In this document: piece after piece, positions 62,401 to 64,000 of the stretch
How the letters are laid out: each line of letters starts with the position of its first letter
How positions within the stretch are numbered: the stretch's first letter is position 1
NCBI GenBank assembly: GCA_013239625.1
Contig: MU057342.1
Span: forward strand, 5,518,335 to 5,582,334
Direction of reading: 5' to 3'
DNA from: Lama guanicoe
Taxonomy: Eukaryota
DNA: 64,000 bases
The notes under the pieces: model-generated
What the model was told of the DNA's origin: nothing
Seen by the model: the letters and a program-made list of their open reading frames with translations, nothing else
Database searches by the model: none
Made by a program: the position numbers and the translations under genes

Positions 62401-63158
62401 CTTTGCCCAGCCCTGGCCCTGGGGTCCCACTGCCAGCAGGGATTATCTAAAGTGGACGTCCTTAGAGAAAGCAGGAATTCTCTTCTACCACAGACTGCTG
62501 AAACCTTCCCATTCCACTGTTTTAAAAGCTGCAGAGAATTAAAAATAGAAGCTTTTTGGAAGGAGGAGAGGGTCCTTTGGGGGCACTTTGTTTGCTTTGG
62601 TTTCTATCTCCCTCCCTGGAATGCAGTAAAAACCTGGAGAAGTCAGCACTCAGAGACTAGGCCTTTGCGGAGAAATGAAACCCCCTCACGCCAAAGTGAA
62701 GGGTGAGGAACTTTCTGGCTTCTGGTTTTATAATCATTTCTGTTTATAGTGGGAAAGAAATAACCCCCTTCTTGAATTCAGCACATGTAGTTTTTTCTTA
62801 ACGGCTCCCCTCCTTATACAAACATTATCGGGCCTGGTCCTTCAATAGGTTACTATTGAGCCGCTAATGTTAAATGCAGGCGAACACTGCCAGTTGAATG
62901 GGATGACTGTCACCCAGGTGTAAAAGTGCCAATCATGCTCAGGAAGTGACAATTTCAAATGGCGGTCACCAGAGTCAAACAGTTAATTGAACGGGTGGGG
63001 AGCAGAATGACTTGCATGTTCTTTTGAAAGTTCAAGAGAGGGTATGAGGAGTGGGGTTTGAAAGGCTATTTTGGGCCACTGGTCCTTGGAGCACTGATTT
63101 TAGTCCCTGGGGTCCTAAGAAAATGAGGAAGGAGGAAAGATGTTGGGTCTCAAGGCTG

Positions 63159-63660
63159 TGTTTACATAAATAATCAATAATAAGAATAGGAGAGAGTTTT
63201 ATTTGAGCCAAACTAAGGACCAGCCTTGAAGTCTGCTTCTCAAATTATTCTGAGGTGCTGCCCTGGAGAAGCATGGCTTCCAGCACAGTTTTATATCTTG
63301 TCAGAACAAAGAAACACTAACAAGTCAGGGGTACATTTCTTCAGGGTTTAAAAAAAAAAAGGAACAGACCAGCACATGCAAGTCAGTATGGCCTTGGCAC
63401 CTGATTAGGAAGTCTTATCATCAAGGTGTACCTGCACTGGCATCCTGGGAAGAGGGGCATTTAGTTGTTTTTTTTTTTTTTTAACATGGACATTCTTTAC
63501 TTCTGGTCAGTGTGCCCTTTTTTAAATAATTAAAGCAGATGTACAATGTGTGTTTGATAGGCCACAGACAGGCTATTTTAGTTAGCATAAAATTCAAGTT
63601 AATTCATGTATAAGCCAGAATGACTTCCCTGTATCTCAGTAAGTAAAAATTTCTTTTATT
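63159..63660 (-). mobile_element. Solo LTR, ERV1-like
   Basis: starts TG; gagagttttatttgagccaaact...; ends aaaaatttcttttatt; flanked by direct repeat ggctg (63154-63158 / 63661-63665); ~500 bp. Confidence 0.8.
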
Positions 63661-63687
63661 GGCTGCCTTTAGCTACTCTCTCCCCAC

Positions 63688-63720
63688 CTCCTCTCTCTCT
63701 CTCTCACATACACACACACA
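63688..63720. repeat. (TC)n(AC)n microsatellite
   Basis: directly visible. Confidence 0.9.
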
Positions 63721-64000
63721 GCCGTATGGCTTCTCTTCCTCTCTTTACCTCACAAAAGTGATATGAAAATGAAAAAGTTAATGTTTTTGACAGGTGTTGT
63801 CCTACTCAGGTGACAGGCAAAGCCATATTATGTTTATAATTACAGTTCCCTCCGTGTCCCCGTGTGTGCATCGCTCTCTCCCTCACATCACAGGGGTAAG
63901 TATGGTCTCCCTGGGAAAAGACAACGGTGTGGACTGCTGAGGAGAAAATTCATGGGGCCACACTAGACAACCAATCCAAGTTATAGTTTCCTTGGGCACT

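Noticed and set aside
62146-62706. 186-aa ORF, longest in the window
   Set aside because: No recognisable motif or codon-like bias; cannot be supported without PhyloCSF or ribosome profiling
1-64000. CRISPR arrays, operons, prokaryotic or viral defence systems, known miRNA/tRNA genes
   Set aside because: Sequence is mammalian and repeat-rich; no regularly spaced repeat-spacer array or recognised mature RNA sequence was seen

Overview
Eutherian mammalian non-coding DNA (intergenic or deep intronic, draft assembly with four N gaps). I recognise no intact protein-coding gene, tRNA, rRNA or snRNA. The only protein homology in the ORF track is degenerate LINE-1 ORF1/ORF2 (endonuclease) at about 26.4-29.0 kb. 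The window is dominated by old interspersed repeats (many MIRs, L2, CR1/L3, L1M subfamilies, hAT MITEs, a MaLR LTR and an ERV1-type solo LTR). I saw no Alu, B1/B2, CanSINE, Bov-tA/CHR or PRE1 SINEs. The younger L1s look cetartiodactyl-like, so a camelid is a tentative guess. Repeat family names come from recalled consensus sequences and need RepeatMasker/Dfam confirmation; MIR/L2 boundaries are approximate. Structure not explained by ordinary repeats: (1) a ~430-460 bp inverted duplication (42041-42462 vs 47386-47843) bracketing a well-formed candidate exon at 45006-45127; (2) a ~100-nt hairpin at 34998-35100; (3) a tiny retrocopy of an unidentified polyadenylated transcript end with 15-bp target-site duplications (TSDs) at 58615-58740; (4) two 5'-inverted (twin-primed) L1s and one 5'-intact, 3'-truncated L1; (5) several HOX/PBX/MEIS, POU/SOX and AP-1 motif clusters suggesting an enhancer landscape, possibly with a spliced + strand lncRNA.
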